Made by a program: the position numbers and the translations under genes. Source: Octopus vulgaris (taxonomy: Eukaryota). From it: 64,000 nucleotides of DNA. Shown piece by piece: positions 1 through 12,574 of the stretch. Position 1 is the first letter of the stretch. Every line of letters starts with the position of its first letter. The stretch is from contig OX597816.1 of assembly GCA_951406725.2 (NCBI GenBank), forward strand, positions 111,538,001 through 111,602,000. Direction: 5' to 3'. The notes beneath the pieces are model-generated. The model was not told where the DNA came from. It searched no databases and was given only the letters and a program-made list of their open reading frames with translations.

Positions 1-98
1 GGTTTGGTGGAAGATTTTAATTCAGAACTTTTGAAAACAAGACATTTGTACTACAGAGCCAGAAGCAGTTTCAGGTGGGTTGGTATCAAAAAAGTTAA
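1..98. mobile_element. Right end of a TTAA-type (piggyBac-like) MITE, truncated by the window edge
   Basis: Ends gggttggtatcaaaaaagttaa. A complementary left-end-like motif (aatccttttgctaccaatccacc) occurs near 9254-9277. Confidence 0.3.
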
Positions 99-613
99 GA
101 TTTCATTCTGATGTGTGAATGTTGGACGAACACCCTATCAGGACAAAAGGCAATACTGTCTACAAGGGCAGATGATGTCAGCAAGGAATCAATAACCATC
201 CAACAAACCTACAAGTAGAGTAGGGACCAATTTAAACTTTTGAGTTTAGCACTGCAGACTTTTGCAACCCTTTTGCTAGGTGGTCTCTCTTGAATATACA
301 TACTGGCCTTGCCTTTCCTCTGAACCAGAGGGTCCTAGGTAGCAAGAATAGCCTTTTAATAAGTGTGAGTACTTTCCATGGTTGCATAATCCAGCCCTTG
401 AAAAATATATCATTGTTTATTCTTAACTAGCAATCACTTCCCTAACAGAAGAAAACTGCCACTGCAATTACTGATTGTTGATGACTTGATGCTGTTCCTG
501 TCACTGACAGGACCAACAGATGCTTACTGTTCATTCAACAACGGATGCATACTGTACTACAGATACTTACTGTTCAGGAATAGCAGATGCTTACAGTGTT
601 ATTTATTATGTCT

Positions 614-828
614 TGTGAGCTGGTAGAAACATTAGCACATTGAGCAAGATGCTTTGTGGTATTTCATCCATCTTTACATTCTGAGGTCAAATTCTGCCAA
701 GGTCAACTTTGCCTTTCATCCTTTTGAGGTCAATGAATTAAGTACCAGTCAAGTACTGGGGTTGATGTGATCAACTTTCTCCCTCACCCAAAATATTAGG
801 CCTTGTGCCTCTAGTAGAAAGTATTATT
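614..828 (+). mobile_element. tRNA-derived SINE, family B
   Basis: Degenerate A/B-box head (gagctggtagaa...ggtcaaattc), central gcctttcatccttttgaggtcaatgaattaagtacc and (att) tail. Homologous copy at 54675-54868, fragments near 10040-10185(-) and 12945-13050(+). Confidence 0.7.
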
Positions 829-904
829 CTGTATAATATGAAAATGTTCATAGACATCTTAATATTAAATTTTCTGAAAGCCAATGTGAGAACCTAAATA
901 TGAT

Positions 905-1305
905 ACCTTAACCTACTAGAAATAGCAACCAAATTTTCCCCCAAACCCTCTTTAAGAATCAGATGACATTATATAATTAGACCTATATATCTTTAAAAAA
1001 GGATGGGTGCTTAAGGCTGAAATGCTTTTGACCACAGGTCTGCTTGATCAAGATTAATCGGAAGCTAAACAACAGAAATAACAACTGTGTAAACAGGACA
1101 ATAAAGGAACCTCTATGCACTCACTCAATCTGCTAAAAGTAGCAGCAGACGAATTCCCCTCAAACCTTACCTTGTCATTTTGAAACAGCAAATAGGAGAT
1201 ATTGGATTACTTAACATAGTTTTTAAATTAACATTTCATGAGTCATGACTGGGACACTTTGATCATAAGAATGCATGTTCAGATCTCAGCAACTGCTAAA
1301 CAACA
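905..1305 (+). repeat. Two adjacent decayed copies of a dispersed retroposon 3' tail
   Basis: The motif ctagaaatagcagccaaa...tttgatcata...gctaaacaaca recurs near 26730-26845, 28430-28620(-), 46870-47020(-) and 55440-55560. Confidence 0.45.
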
Positions 1306-2099
1306 TTAACCACAATTACTACTAATACCTTTATTATTACTATTTATGTTGCAGCTAATACTGTTGGTGCTTCTGTTGTTTAATATCAAAGCAAGGATAG
1401 TGGATAGTAAAGTGACAAAGAAACTTGAAATCCAAACTGAACATGGATCTAATAATGACTGATGTGATTGTTTGCCAAGATCAGAGTGTAGAAATTACTG
1501 AATATCAAGAGTTAGTTCTAGAATCACTTCAGCTATCTCAATCAAGTCAGACAATCAGAAATCCACTGTAGGGAATGAGATACATGAAAAGGACAGTGTA
1601 GGACTATACAGTACAATATTATGTGGGGCTAATTAAAAGTATGTAAACAGTAAAATAACAAAAACAAAGAAACCAAAACTTTGAACATGAAATAATTCCT
1701 CAAAAGGGAACTATTCCTCTTAGTACATTTCAAATGAAGCTGACCTCCCAGCTTGTCACTTTGTCACAGTTCTTGTGCAACTGGACATCTGGACTTAATG
1801 AAATCCCCAGCAATTTAACCAGTCCATCCAGCACTGATAGCATACATCTACCTCACTAGGTGTTGAGCTATAAACCCACTGACTTTCCTTGGTTAATTTT
1901 TGCTCTTGTCACTTCCTTGCATTCCCTTAGAGTCATGTTAGTCACCTCAATGTGCTTGGAGTCTTACACTATTACGGTGCTGTTACCTCCACATGCACAT
2001 ACAGATCTTCCACATCTTAGTTCATGTAGAATACCTCTCAACGTCCCTAGTTTTGCAGTAGTGGCTCTAGGATCAATACACACAGAAGACATAGGAGTG

Positions 2100-3000
2100 G
2101 AAAACCTTGCCAGATAAGATGCCTGATGCTAAACTGTTCTAATAGGTGGTCATTTACCCTAACCATCTAAAGGCTTTGTACATTGCAGCAATCATGTTCC
2201 TGCATATGGGACCATATGGGACCAAATCTGGCCATTTTGAAGACAGCCACCAAGTATCAAGGGTCAGTCCTATCAAAAACTTTTGATTGATCAAAGTTGA
2301 TAAAGGCCAGGTTCTTTAACCATTCTTCATATAATGCATTACATGAAGTGGAGGTTCTCATGGATAGATCTGTTTTGGATGGTGCATGTTTGTGCTTCAA
2401 TAATCAAATCATCACCAACAAGCTAACTACAAGCTAACCTTTCTACTAACATCCGGAACAAATTCTTGACCTTTTCATTTAAAAAAGTTATGAGCCAAAA
2501 ATTACCAATGTAGTCTCCTTTGAATTCTTACTCTGCAGTGCCACTACTCTTTGGCTCACAAAACTAGGAATTCTCCCTTCTTCATACCAACTATATTTGA
2601 TGTCTGCTAGGAGGTCCCAAACAAGTCTGGCATATTAGCATAAAGCTCATAGGATAGACTACCCAAATCAGATGATCTGCTCCTCATGCTGCCAGATATG
2701 GATTCTCTTATATTTCAGTGGCTGTTATTGGTTTCCACAGCAAATTGACACTACTGTCAACAGTCACAACAGGCCATCGAGTTGTGTACTGAAGTCCATT
2801 CTGTGATCTGGCTCTCCACCTGTCCCAAGTAGTTGAGCAAAATGCTCCTGAAAAGCCACACACATCTGCTTAAAAACAAGCAGCATGCACTCGTGATCTA
2901 CCAAAAACCAAATTGTGGCTTTGTAACCAGATTAAGCTTCTTCCACATGAGCCCATCGAATGGCTTTTGTTCTTTCATGCCTTACTTCATGCACCTACAC
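2100..3000 (-). pseudogene. Decayed L1/Tx1-like LINE reverse transcriptase relic
   Basis: Minus-strand hand translation of about 2270-2410 gives QTCTIQNRSIHENLHFM*CII then FINFDQSKVFDR, resembling Tx1 motifs GRSIxDN and LDQxKAFDRV. Stops and frameshifts are present. Confidence 0.55.
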
Positions 3001-3475
3001 TCTGACAATGCAGCTTCTGTGCATCTTGTTGAAGAATCAGTCAGGATCCAATCTCATGCAAGCACATCAGTTACAATGCCTTTCCTAAACATCACTTCCT
3101 GGTTTCTAAATCACCCTCTAACCTTGTTTTCTCTATCACTACATTCTTACTAAACTTTATCTATTCTAAATTGCCCTTTTCAAGGCAAGCTAGTATTTAT
3201 TGAATACCCTGTCAGTGTCTGCTTAACTAATTCATCATTCCAGTCCCTGTAGGCCTGGCGTATTTATTTCAATGTTTTCTTCATCTTGCTTGTCACTGTT
3301 ATTGTTGTTGTTAGTATTTATAGTTGTGTGAAGTGTGGCAATAGTAGTAGTGTTGCTTTCACATTTCTTTTCATTTGTGTTGTTTTCGTCATCATCGTTG
3401 TCAAGGCTCAACATCTTGAGGTCAGTTCTCACACATCTTAATTCGTCCTTATATACACACACATATATATATATA

Positions 3476-3740
3476 GTGAAGGTGTGTGGCTTAGTGATTA
3501 GGGCATCAGCATCATGAGTGTAAGATTGTGGGTTCGATTCCTGGACCGGGCAACGTGTTGTGTTCATGAGAAAAACACTTCATTTCACATTGCTCTAGTC
3601 CACTCAGCTGGCAAAAATGAGAAACGCTGCGATGGACTGGCGTCCTATCCAGCTGGGGAACACATACACCATTAAAACTGGGAAACCAGGCACATGAGCC
3701 TGGCTAGGCTTTAAAAGGGTGCATTTATTTATTTATTTAT
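3476..3740 (+). mobile_element. tRNA-derived SINE with V-domain-like central segment
   Basis: A box tggcttagtgatt, B box ggttcgattcc, central ctgcgatggactggcgtcctatccag and (attt)n tail. Inserted beside (TA)n. Confidence 0.75.
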
Positions 3741-3745
3741 ATACA

Positions 3746-3778
<33 letters not shown>

Positions 3779-3799
3779 GTATATATATATATATATAAA

Positions 3800-3918
3800 T
3801 TATATTAGAGATAAAACCACTATTAGGCAAATCAATTTATATTTATACTGTGAAATTTGATTTAATCCTAAATCTAATTTTTCCCTGTAAGTTTGGATTT
3901 ACTCCCTAATATTATATA
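3800..3918. mobile_element. Collapsed, ribozyme-less relative of the 52710-53085 fold-back element
   Basis: attagagataaaaccactatt matches the arm start at 52718. gatttaatcctaaatct...ttccctgtaa...ggattt...ccctaatatt matches 53020-53078. Flanked by (TA)n-rich tracts. Confidence 0.65.
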
Positions 3919-3925
3919 TATACAT

Positions 3926-3973
<48 letters not shown>

Positions 3974-4069
3974 TTGTCATCACCTCCATGAGAGGACAAG
4001 AGACTAAGACTGTTGCCAGTTTACTGTGTTTGAGAAGACACATAAAGCTTAATGGAATCTTAGTTGTGA

Positions 4070-4283
4070 CTAGTGCTGGTGATGCTTAAAAGGCACCCAT
4101 ACCAGTGATACATTAAAGGTACTCACTACACTCTGGAGTGGTTGGCATCAGGAAGCACATCCAGCCATAGAAACTGAGCCAAAACAGACTGGAGCCTAGT
4201 GCAGCTTTCCAGCTTGCCAGTTTCAGTCAAGTCATCTAACCCATGCCAGCATGGAAAACGGACGCTAAAGGATGAAGATGATG
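4070..4283 (+). mobile_element. 5'-truncated RTE LINE 3' end
   Basis: Ends aacccatgccagcatggaaaacggacgctaaa then (gat)n, the same 3' end as the RTE copy at 42572-43850. Confidence 0.7.
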
Positions 4284-4289
4284 TATATA

Positions 4290-4675
4290 TAGTCTAGTGA
4301 TAGTCTGCTCTTCGGCAGGTGCTGTTCATGGGAACTTCTCCAGCATTCCCGACACAATCTGAGAGGGTCTCTGCTGCTGTTCGGTAGACTACTGGAACTT
4401 TGGTTTCCATGACTAGACTTGGAATGAGTAATGAAGTGGTTTTCCATTGCTTTCTCCAAGCAGGTGGGACTTGAACCTAGAATGTAGAGAGTTGAAAGAT
4501 ATACTGTTATGCTGCAAAGCATTTTCTGCTGATACGCCAATAATTCTGTGACTCTCCCACCCACAGAGCAATGTGTAATGAAATGTTCTACTCAGTAACA
4601 CAACGCACCATCCAGTCTGGTAGCTGAACCCATAATCAAACATTTGTGAGTGCAACACCCTAACCACTAGGCCAT
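4290..4675 (-). mobile_element. Composite SINE: two tRNA-like heads plus an RTE/BovB-like segment
   Basis: Minus strand reads head ggcctagtggttaggg, a second B box ggttcaagtcc, then ggagaaagcaatggaaaaccac. Confidence 0.5.
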
Positions 4676-4778
4676 GTGAGAGTGTGTATATATAGAGAGA
4701 CAGACAAATAGATAAAAACATATACACACATACACACACATATTATATAGACATACGTATATGCATATATACATACAT

Positions 4779-4812
<34 letters not shown>

Positions 4813-5939
4813 GGATAAGGAGAGAGAGAAAGAGAGAGAGGAGAAGCGAGAGAGGAGGAAGAGAGATAGAAAGAGAGACAGACAGACAGACAGAGAGGTT
4901 TTTATAATTCTATATCATAATGTGCCAATGTTCAGAGTAAATATATTAACGTATATATGTGATTATTTACAAGACTGACATTAATATTTTCACAAGAAAA
5001 AATGGTATATCTCTAATTATAAGTGCACAATAACATATATTACGTGTGAGCCTGTTGATGTGTGTAAATGTATATGTTTACATCTTATTGTACATGTACT
5101 AGTATGTGTTTATGCATACACTGTTATGTGCCATGTGTATATGCTGATATTTGTATGTGTGTCTGTGTGCTTGCTTACAGTAAATATACATACTCACATT
5201 TGCATCTATGTCTGAATGTGTACCTACAGAGTATACAAGTAAGCTTGTATATATTATGTTTTTTTTGTTGTAAAAACTATATAAACAATAGAAAAAAATC
5301 AGTGAGTTTATATTACATCAGTTGTTTATCTTCGTTGCCATCTAATACAATTTGACTAAAAATGTTATCTGTAATTTCTAATAAGAGTTATTGAGCTTTA
5401 TATCTGGGAATGGATGTGAATGGGGGAATTTAATACGTCTCTTGCTTTATATAAAACAGAACTAATTACTAGAACTTCTGACTCCAGAAACTATTTCATA
5501 TATATACAGATTGCAATGTCTGAATAAAAACTCTAAGCTAAAATAGGACGATTGAAATGCGGTTTGCTGTTTTTGCTGTTGCATTAATGTTTAATATGAT
5601 ATTATGATATAGATAACAGAACTTTTTATGTGTTAGCAGTTGTAATAATACTGCTATCTGGAACAATCTTTTGAGTAGCTAATAGTAATACACTGGTACA
5701 ATGTAATATCTCTGTAATTACAACATAGCTTATTCGTGTGGGTTAGCTGTACATTTTTTGGTACTGTTGTACGATTGCAGCTTTAATGGTCGACTTTGGG
5801 TAGAAAGATCATAACTGATTTGCTGTTACTGTCATGATGAACTTGCGTACTTATACAATTCATCATAATAGTGGACGACAGCAAGACTGATATGAGATCC
5901 AGTAATATCGTTTCCCTCACTTTAACATCTTGTTAATTT

Positions 5940-5991
5940 ATGTTAGTATCATTGTCTCTCTCATTTGAGAATTTGAGCTCAGCACTGCAAG
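5940..5991 (+). CDS. Speculative first coding exon (MLVSLSLSFENLSSALQ), unknown product
   Basis: ATG at 5940 in non-repetitive sequence, donor AAG|gtaaat at 5992, phase 1. Confidence 0.25.
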
Positions 5992-6379
5992 GTAAATATA
6001 AAGAAAACACAAATGTCCAGTGATAGCGTCAGCCAATTTTAGTCATTATATATATAGTAGTTAATCTTGAACAATATACATAATAGTTTATATATATATT
6101 GCAGTTAATCCACAAGTGTCTTACTATTTTTAAAATGTGAACCATGTACATGAACATTTGTTATTAAGACAATCCAACTATTACAAAATTTGAATACTCA
6201 TGTCTATAAAGCAAATCAAGTAATTATTTATTAATTACATCTATGCTGCAAAACTTCTCAAGAAAGATTTATCAGAACTCCCCAACAGATCATCATCATC
6301 ATCATCGTTTGATATTTTAAAATATATAATTGATTGCCCTTTGTGAACAGTATTATTCTTGGTTTCTGTTTTCTAACAG

Positions 6380-6411
6380 GTCACTCACTAGTACATTGCA
6401 TTGAAGCTAAT
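6380..6411 (+). CDS. Speculative 32-nt micro-exon (GHSLVHCIEAN)
   Basis: Acceptor tttctgttttctaacag and consensus donor gtgagt at 6412. Phase 1 to 0, in frame with 5940-5991. Confidence 0.3.
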
Positions 6412-7527
6412 GTGAGTGACGAGAAGCATCTATAAAATTCAGGCAGAATGAATATGGCAGATTTTTCTGCTAGAAAGCACTGATTCATCAGTTTCTACTC
6501 AACGTTTTACACAACACACACAACAACACACACACATGCACACATATACAGGAGGGCTTCCACACATTTTCAGTCTACTGAATTCCTTTCAGAAATCATT
6601 GGGCAACATAAGACTCTGGTAGAAGACATTTACCCATGGTGCATTCCAGCAGGGCTGAACCTGGAATCTCAGTGCTGTAAAGCAAACATTTACTCCCACA
6701 CTCTCAACAATAACCGTAAAACCTTTCTTCTTGAACAAGATCTCTTTGCTACCAATAATGTAGAACCCTAAGAACTGTATACAAACCATAGTCCCTTCGG
6801 TTACAAGAATTAGAACAGCACCCACTCGATTCATTCTGCTGCAGCTCTCAGTAATATTTTTTTATACAATCTCAGTAAATTTAATAGATTTAATATCAAC
6901 ATATATTGAAATGTTATTTATTTGCTTTTTTTCTATAACGAATTAAACAATTCAGTGATATTTTATTAGAAAACAAAATCAAATTTAATATGATTTTAAC
7001 TTGAAGACATGTAAGAAATACATAAGAAGCATTTGAACATTATAGAAACATGTTACAAAACATATAAATTAAAAACATTTGAATATAGAAGTATGTAAAT
7101 CTAAAGTGTGTTTGAGTTCAGAATCACTGCTACTTTTCACCATTTTATTAGAACTTTAGTTATATTGCTTTAGTTATAAAACTGTTGGTTATCAAAGGAG
7201 AAAGTTTAGTCAATCTATTTGACCCCAATCTAATTACAGCTGCATATTTTGTTGGTTTTGGAGAGATTAAAAGCATTGTCAGCCACAAACAGTGAAAACT
7301 TTATAGTAATTGAATCAATGGGGGAAACTTGTAGGCAGTTAATCATTCAGTTAGAAACAACAGTCAAATCTCACTCTAATCACATGCTAGTATCTTAAAT
7401 AAAGAAATGTAATGTGGTAAAGGCCAATCTCAAGATGCTGAGCCTAATGAAGGAGATGACTAAGGACTGAAATATCAGATACCTTGCAGTACTCACGAAG
7501 ACTTGTCCACCACAGCAGAATCAATAC

Positions 7528-7729
7528 CGATGCTGGTGTTATGTAAAAAGCACTCATGCTAGTGCCACATTAAAAGCACCCAGTACAAAATATGGAGTGA
7601 TTGGCGTTAGGATGGGCATTCATCTATAGAAACCATGCCAAAACAGACAATGGAGCCTGGTATGTTCCATGGCCTTACCAACTCAAATCAAACCATCCAA
7701 CCCATGAGAGCATGGAAAGCAGACATTAA

Positions 7730-7760
<31 letters not shown>
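7528..7760 (+). mobile_element. 5'-truncated RTE LINE 3' end with (gat)n tail
   Basis: ccatccaacccatgagagcatggaaagcagacattaaa followed by (tga)n. Confidence 0.7.
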
Positions 7761-7762
<2 letters not shown>

Positions 7763-7899
7763 CTGATTATTTTAAGAAGGATGTATACATATGCTCAGCT
7801 CATGCCAATAATACCTTTGATCATAAGCCTACTTGATCAGTGTTCGTTCTGGGCTAAACAGAAAAATCGTGAACTACTTGAGCAAACAAGGAACTTATA

Positions 7900-8997
7900 T
7901 AATAATGAAATTATTGTATACAGTGCTCAGGTGCACCACAACTTGTCAGAGTATATGCAGTAATGTACAAATGTCTGGAAAGCAAACAATGCATGAGTCA
8001 GATACATGCTTGTGTGCGTATGGAGGGGAGAAAATCAGGTGTAGTGTTGGCGAATCTCAGAAAGCATGGAAGTTTTGAAGGATGCAGTGCTCCGACGACT
8101 AACAACTGATGCCAGCAGTTTGTTCCATGCTTCAACAACTCTCAGCATGAAAAAATGTTTCCTAAAGTCATGGGAGCTGTGCTGTTTTCTGACTTTGTAA
8201 ATATGTCCACGGGTGTTAGATGGGTGGAGTTTGAAAAGGTGCTCAGAGTTATTGTTTGTACAATGGTTGATAATTTTATGGGTGTCTGCCAAGTCAGCTG
8301 CCAGACGTCGGAGTTTCAATGTGTCCATGCCCAGGGAAGTAAAGCGTTCAGGATATGGCAAATGCCTGGTGGAGGGTATTCTTTTGATTGCACGTCGCTG
8401 AACGGCTTCCAGACGATTGATATCCTGGGCAAGATAGGGGTTCCAGACCGGTGATGCAAATTCCAGGTGAGGTCTTACCAAAGCTATATAAAGCCGCAGA
8501 TAGATAGTCGGAGAGCGACTCACAAAGGATTTGGTGAGTGATGCCAAGACACCCTCAGCCTTCTTGACAATTTTAGCAATGTGTTTTGTCCAACGTAAAT
8601 CACTGTCGACAATAACACCCAGGTCACATTCACATGAAGACTTTTTGAGACTAGTGTTGTGGAGGGAGTAGGTCGACGCTGGGTTTCTCCTCCCAAAATG
8701 CATGGTGGTACATTTGTCCACAGCCAGCTTGAGTTGCCAGTCCATGATCCACTGCTGCATTGTGTCCAGGTCTGCTTGCAATAGAGATCTATAGTGTACA
8801 GGATCTGACCTCTTTATTTCGAGGTACAGCTTGATGTCATCTGCATATTTCAGCACTGTGACATTCTTTAAGTTGGCATCTATGTCGTAAACATATGCAA
8901 CAAATAAAAAGAGGCCAAGAACAGAACCCTGCGGTACACCAGATGCCATCTCATAGGGCGAAGAGTACTGTCTTAGAACTGTGACAACCTCTTTTCG
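7900..8997 (-). mobile_element. 5'-truncated CR1/L2-group LINE with an uninterrupted RT C-terminal half (ORF 8035-9006) and 3' UTR
   Basis: Motifs SGVPQGSVLG, YADD, DLGVIVD, ALVRPHLEFASPVWNP and LEAVQRRA. The 3' UTR has a small gtgcacctgagcac hairpin and an att-rich end. Confidence 0.9.
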
Positions 8998-9589
8998 GAC
9001 GATCACACTCGAATGGTGCTTTTACCATGCCACTGGCCTGGCACGGGTGCTAATCAAGCAGTCATGTAATATATATATTTCACTTCTTCTGTTCCTACAA
9101 GATCATATAATATTTCTGTATAATACTGTGGTACAATGTCTCGAAGCTGAGGAGAAAGGGATGGTATAGTTGATTATATTAGTCCCAGGACTTAACAGTA
9201 CTCTATTTTACTGGTCTTAGAAAGATAAAACATAAACCTGACCTTCCAAAATGTAATCCTTTTGCTACCAATCCACCTCAGATATTAAATGGCTATGAAT
9301 AAATTTTATATCCCATTGCAATTTCTTCTTTGCTGTTTAGTCAGGGAGGAAAGGCCAGTAAGTTGTGTTCCCTTATTTTTTAGAATCCTCAAAACCAGTC
9401 AGAGGAAGAGAGAAAGACCAGTAGCCAAGTCTAAATCTTTTAACAGGATAAAGTCTGCTAAGTGGCCCAAGGACCAGGTGATGATGCGAAAAACCAAACA
9501 GCAAATTAAGACTACGACCCAAGAATTCAAAACACAAATATTAAAATGAATGCAAGTCATTTCATCTGATACTATGGCAACTCCACTAC

Positions 9590-10020
9590 AAGCACAGGTT
9601 ATTTGGTTCAGAAGCTCACTTTGCAGCCACATGTTTTCGGATTCAATCTTACTGTGGGCTGTGAATGAATCTGGTAAATGGAAACTGTGTGGTAGCCTTT
9701 CCCTGTCATTTATGCGTGTATGTGTGCTTGTGTGTGTGTATGTATGTGTGTGTGTGTGCATGTGTGTGTATGTGTGTGTATATGTGTGTGAGTGTGTATG
9801 TGTGTGTATATGTGTGTGTGCTTGTGTATGCATGTTTTTGTGTCTCCCACACCACTTGACAAACAGAGTTGGTTTGTATACATTCCCATAACTTAGCACT
9901 TTGCTAAAAGAGATTGATATAATAACTAAAAAGATAGATCTGTTCAGCTAAAACCCTTCAAGACTGAGCCCCAGCATGGCTGCAATCCAATGACTAAAGC
10001 AAGTAAAAATAGAAAAAAGA
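9590..10020 (+). mobile_element. tRNA-derived SINE, family A, with expanded internal microsatellite
   Basis: Degenerate head, internal (tg)n-rich tract at 9715-9840, tail ccagcatggctgcaatccaatgactaaagcaagtaaaa. Confidence 0.7.
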
Positions 10021-11167
10021 AGATATTCCACTTCCATGGTCTGGCATATACATGTTATTGATCCACAAACGGATGAATGGTAAAGTTAACCATAGGGAAA
10101 TTTGAACTCAGGGTGCAGAAAGCTGGAACAAATATCACAAGGCATTTTGTTCTAGGCTTTAATGACTCTGCCAATTTGCCACATATGCTCTATTGATTCC
10201 CTAAATCCACCATCCTCCCTTTACCATATGATATTTCTTTACAAAACTGTAATTTTAGGTGATATTATATTAATAATTCAGTAATATCAAGCAGCAACAG
10301 ATCAGATGGAATAGGAAGAAGCAAGGAAAAAAATAAACCAAATACAGTGTTATTGGTATTTGTGAAAGCCATATGAAGCGTGACTACAGAATACAAAATG
10401 TGAATTATGAAAATTATTAGTAAAAGAAATAAGACAAAAAAAAAAAGAAAGAAAAAGGAAGAGGATAATGCAAATATTAACAGTGAATGAAAAACAACAC
10501 ATGGCTGTGAGTATATATACATGAAAACACATGTATGTGTGTAAAGGTAAGATCCTGCTTCTGTGCATATACACACACACATACACACATGCATACATAC
10601 ATACATGCATACATACATGTTTATTTATATATTTTACTGTATGCTTTGTGCGTGTGTGTGTCTGTGTGTGTGTGAGGGTGAGTTGCTTATATAATTCTTT
10701 GAATCACTCCTGTAAATAAATCGGTTTCAATCTAAAAGACAAAGCTCCACCATTGGAATTTAGATAGAATCAACAATAAAGTACTATATATTTTTCAGAA
10801 ATGTCTTTTCCCTATTTTTCTGTTCCAGTTACAAAATGAATTTTCAGAAAACAAGTTTGATGTTTCTCTTTCATTGCTGAAAATGCAAGCTTTCCCAGAC
10901 TATTACTTACACATTTAGTAACATGATTAACCAATTAACCCAGTGTGGCATGATTACACTGTGTGACAGATTTTTTTTCTATTTATTTTCACTGTCTTTG
11001 GTCAGTAAATGTTGTTTTTTATTTTCTTCTGTTTAAAAAATCAAAGGAAATTACTACTATTCCCTATGAGCTTTGCTTTTGTGATCTGGACATCAATGTT
11101 TTGAAACTGACCTATTTTCCATTACATTTCAGATTCAGTGCTGAGTTGCTGAAGCAGAAATATCATT

Positions 11168-11313
11168 ATAGCAAATATTCTGCTCAATACCACAGATTTG
11201 CTTATCACTTGCTTGGCCACTTGAGCATGTCCCTTTGTAGCTGACCAATATGTGCATCTCTAACCATGAGCAGCAGTAGTGGAGGAGCATCACAGCCATG
11301 TTTCAAGAGGAAT
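11168..11313. repeat. Fragment of the dispersed repeat at 36698-37230
   Basis: agcaaatattctgctcaataccacagatttgcttatc...gagcatcacagcc is shared with 36800-36950. Confidence 0.7.
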
Positions 11314-11650
11314 TATTAATATTAACCATTTTCATACCTTCTAGGGTATGAAAACAAATAATAAATAACAGTTATTATCCAAGGACAAAAGTCATCTTAC
11401 AGCGTTATTGACACAAATGTAAATTTATAATCTGATTCTGAGAAGTTATAGATTCCAAAAGATGCGACCTTAAATTTCCTCTTTTTCACTAATTATTTTC
11501 AAAATATTGACACCTCCTTGAAAGCTGAACTCCGCAATACTAAATGGGGTTGTTTTGTGTCCTTAACACTTATATCAATAAATTATATTATAGCTTCTAT
11601 AAGTTGTTTTGACAAGAATGTTCCACAAATTTCTTGTGCTGAAATTTATC

Positions 11651-12574
11651 TATGCAGTGGTATCAAAATGTTCCTGGACTAGTTCTGTAGTATGCCAACA
11701 GATGACAGCACATAATTGTGTGTGAAGTGAGAGCTAGCAGAGACCTTAATGAGGCAGTGTACTGAGTGACATCACTGTGTTTTCTTCACAAGTTGTGAAA
11801 TTTGTGTTTTTGTGATCATGTGTATGCTATCGTCTGCAATTTTATAATGGACAGGAAATTGGAACCAAGAACCACCATGAAATTTTGCATTAAACTTGGG
11901 AAGTCTGCTACAGAGACATTGAGCATGCTTTGGCAAGCTTACGGTTATGAGGCAATGGGTCATACACAATGTTTTGAGTGTCACAAAAATTTCTAAAGTG
12001 GAATAACATCTATAGAAGGCGATGAGCGACCTGGAAGACCTGCCATGAGCGTCATCCCCAGAAATGTGGTATTGTGCTTTGAGAATTTGTTCCCAAGGGC
12101 CAGACTGTTGATCAAGTTCTACTGCAATGTTTTGAAGCATTTGAGGGAGTACGCACAGTGAAAGTAACCTGATCTAAGGAGCTTGAAGAATTGAAGTGTT
12201 GGCAATGATAGTGCACTCTGTCACTAAATTCTCCTCACTCATGAGTCTATCACCAAAAACAACATAGTCCACTTCCATACCTGGCCTATTTGTCAGATTT
12301 AGCACCTGCAGACTTCTATTTCTTCCCCAAGATGAAAAGGCAGATCAAGGGTCGCCATTTTAACACCATTGTTGAGATCTAGAGCAAATCACAGAAGATC
12401 CTCGACTCGCTTACAGAAAACATCTTCCAGACCAGATTCCAGAAGTAACAGAAATGCTGGGACCCTTGTATTGCTGTGCAAAGGGACTATTTTGAAGGAG
12501 ATTATGTTAAATCAAAAATGAGTTATTTCTTATTAAACATAACAAGTCTAGGTACCTCTTGATACCACCTTGTA
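11651..12574 (+). mobile_element. Decayed, internally deleted mariner transposon
   Basis: Degenerate TIRs (tatgcagtggtatcaaaatgttcc...ctag and ctaggtacctcttgataccaccttgta), HTH peptide MKFCIKLGKSATETLSML, and a C-terminal YxxDLAPADF remnant near 12285-12325. Confidence 0.85.

Noticed and set aside
517-600. CRISPR-like repeat-spacer pattern
   Set aside because: Repeats are degenerate, spacers are only about 5-10 nt, there are no cas genes and the context is eukaryotic.
6460-6495. Minus-strand CTGATGA...GAAA
   Set aside because: No stem I or III pairing. Similar chance hits near 25360-25390, 33453 and 62825-62845 also fail.
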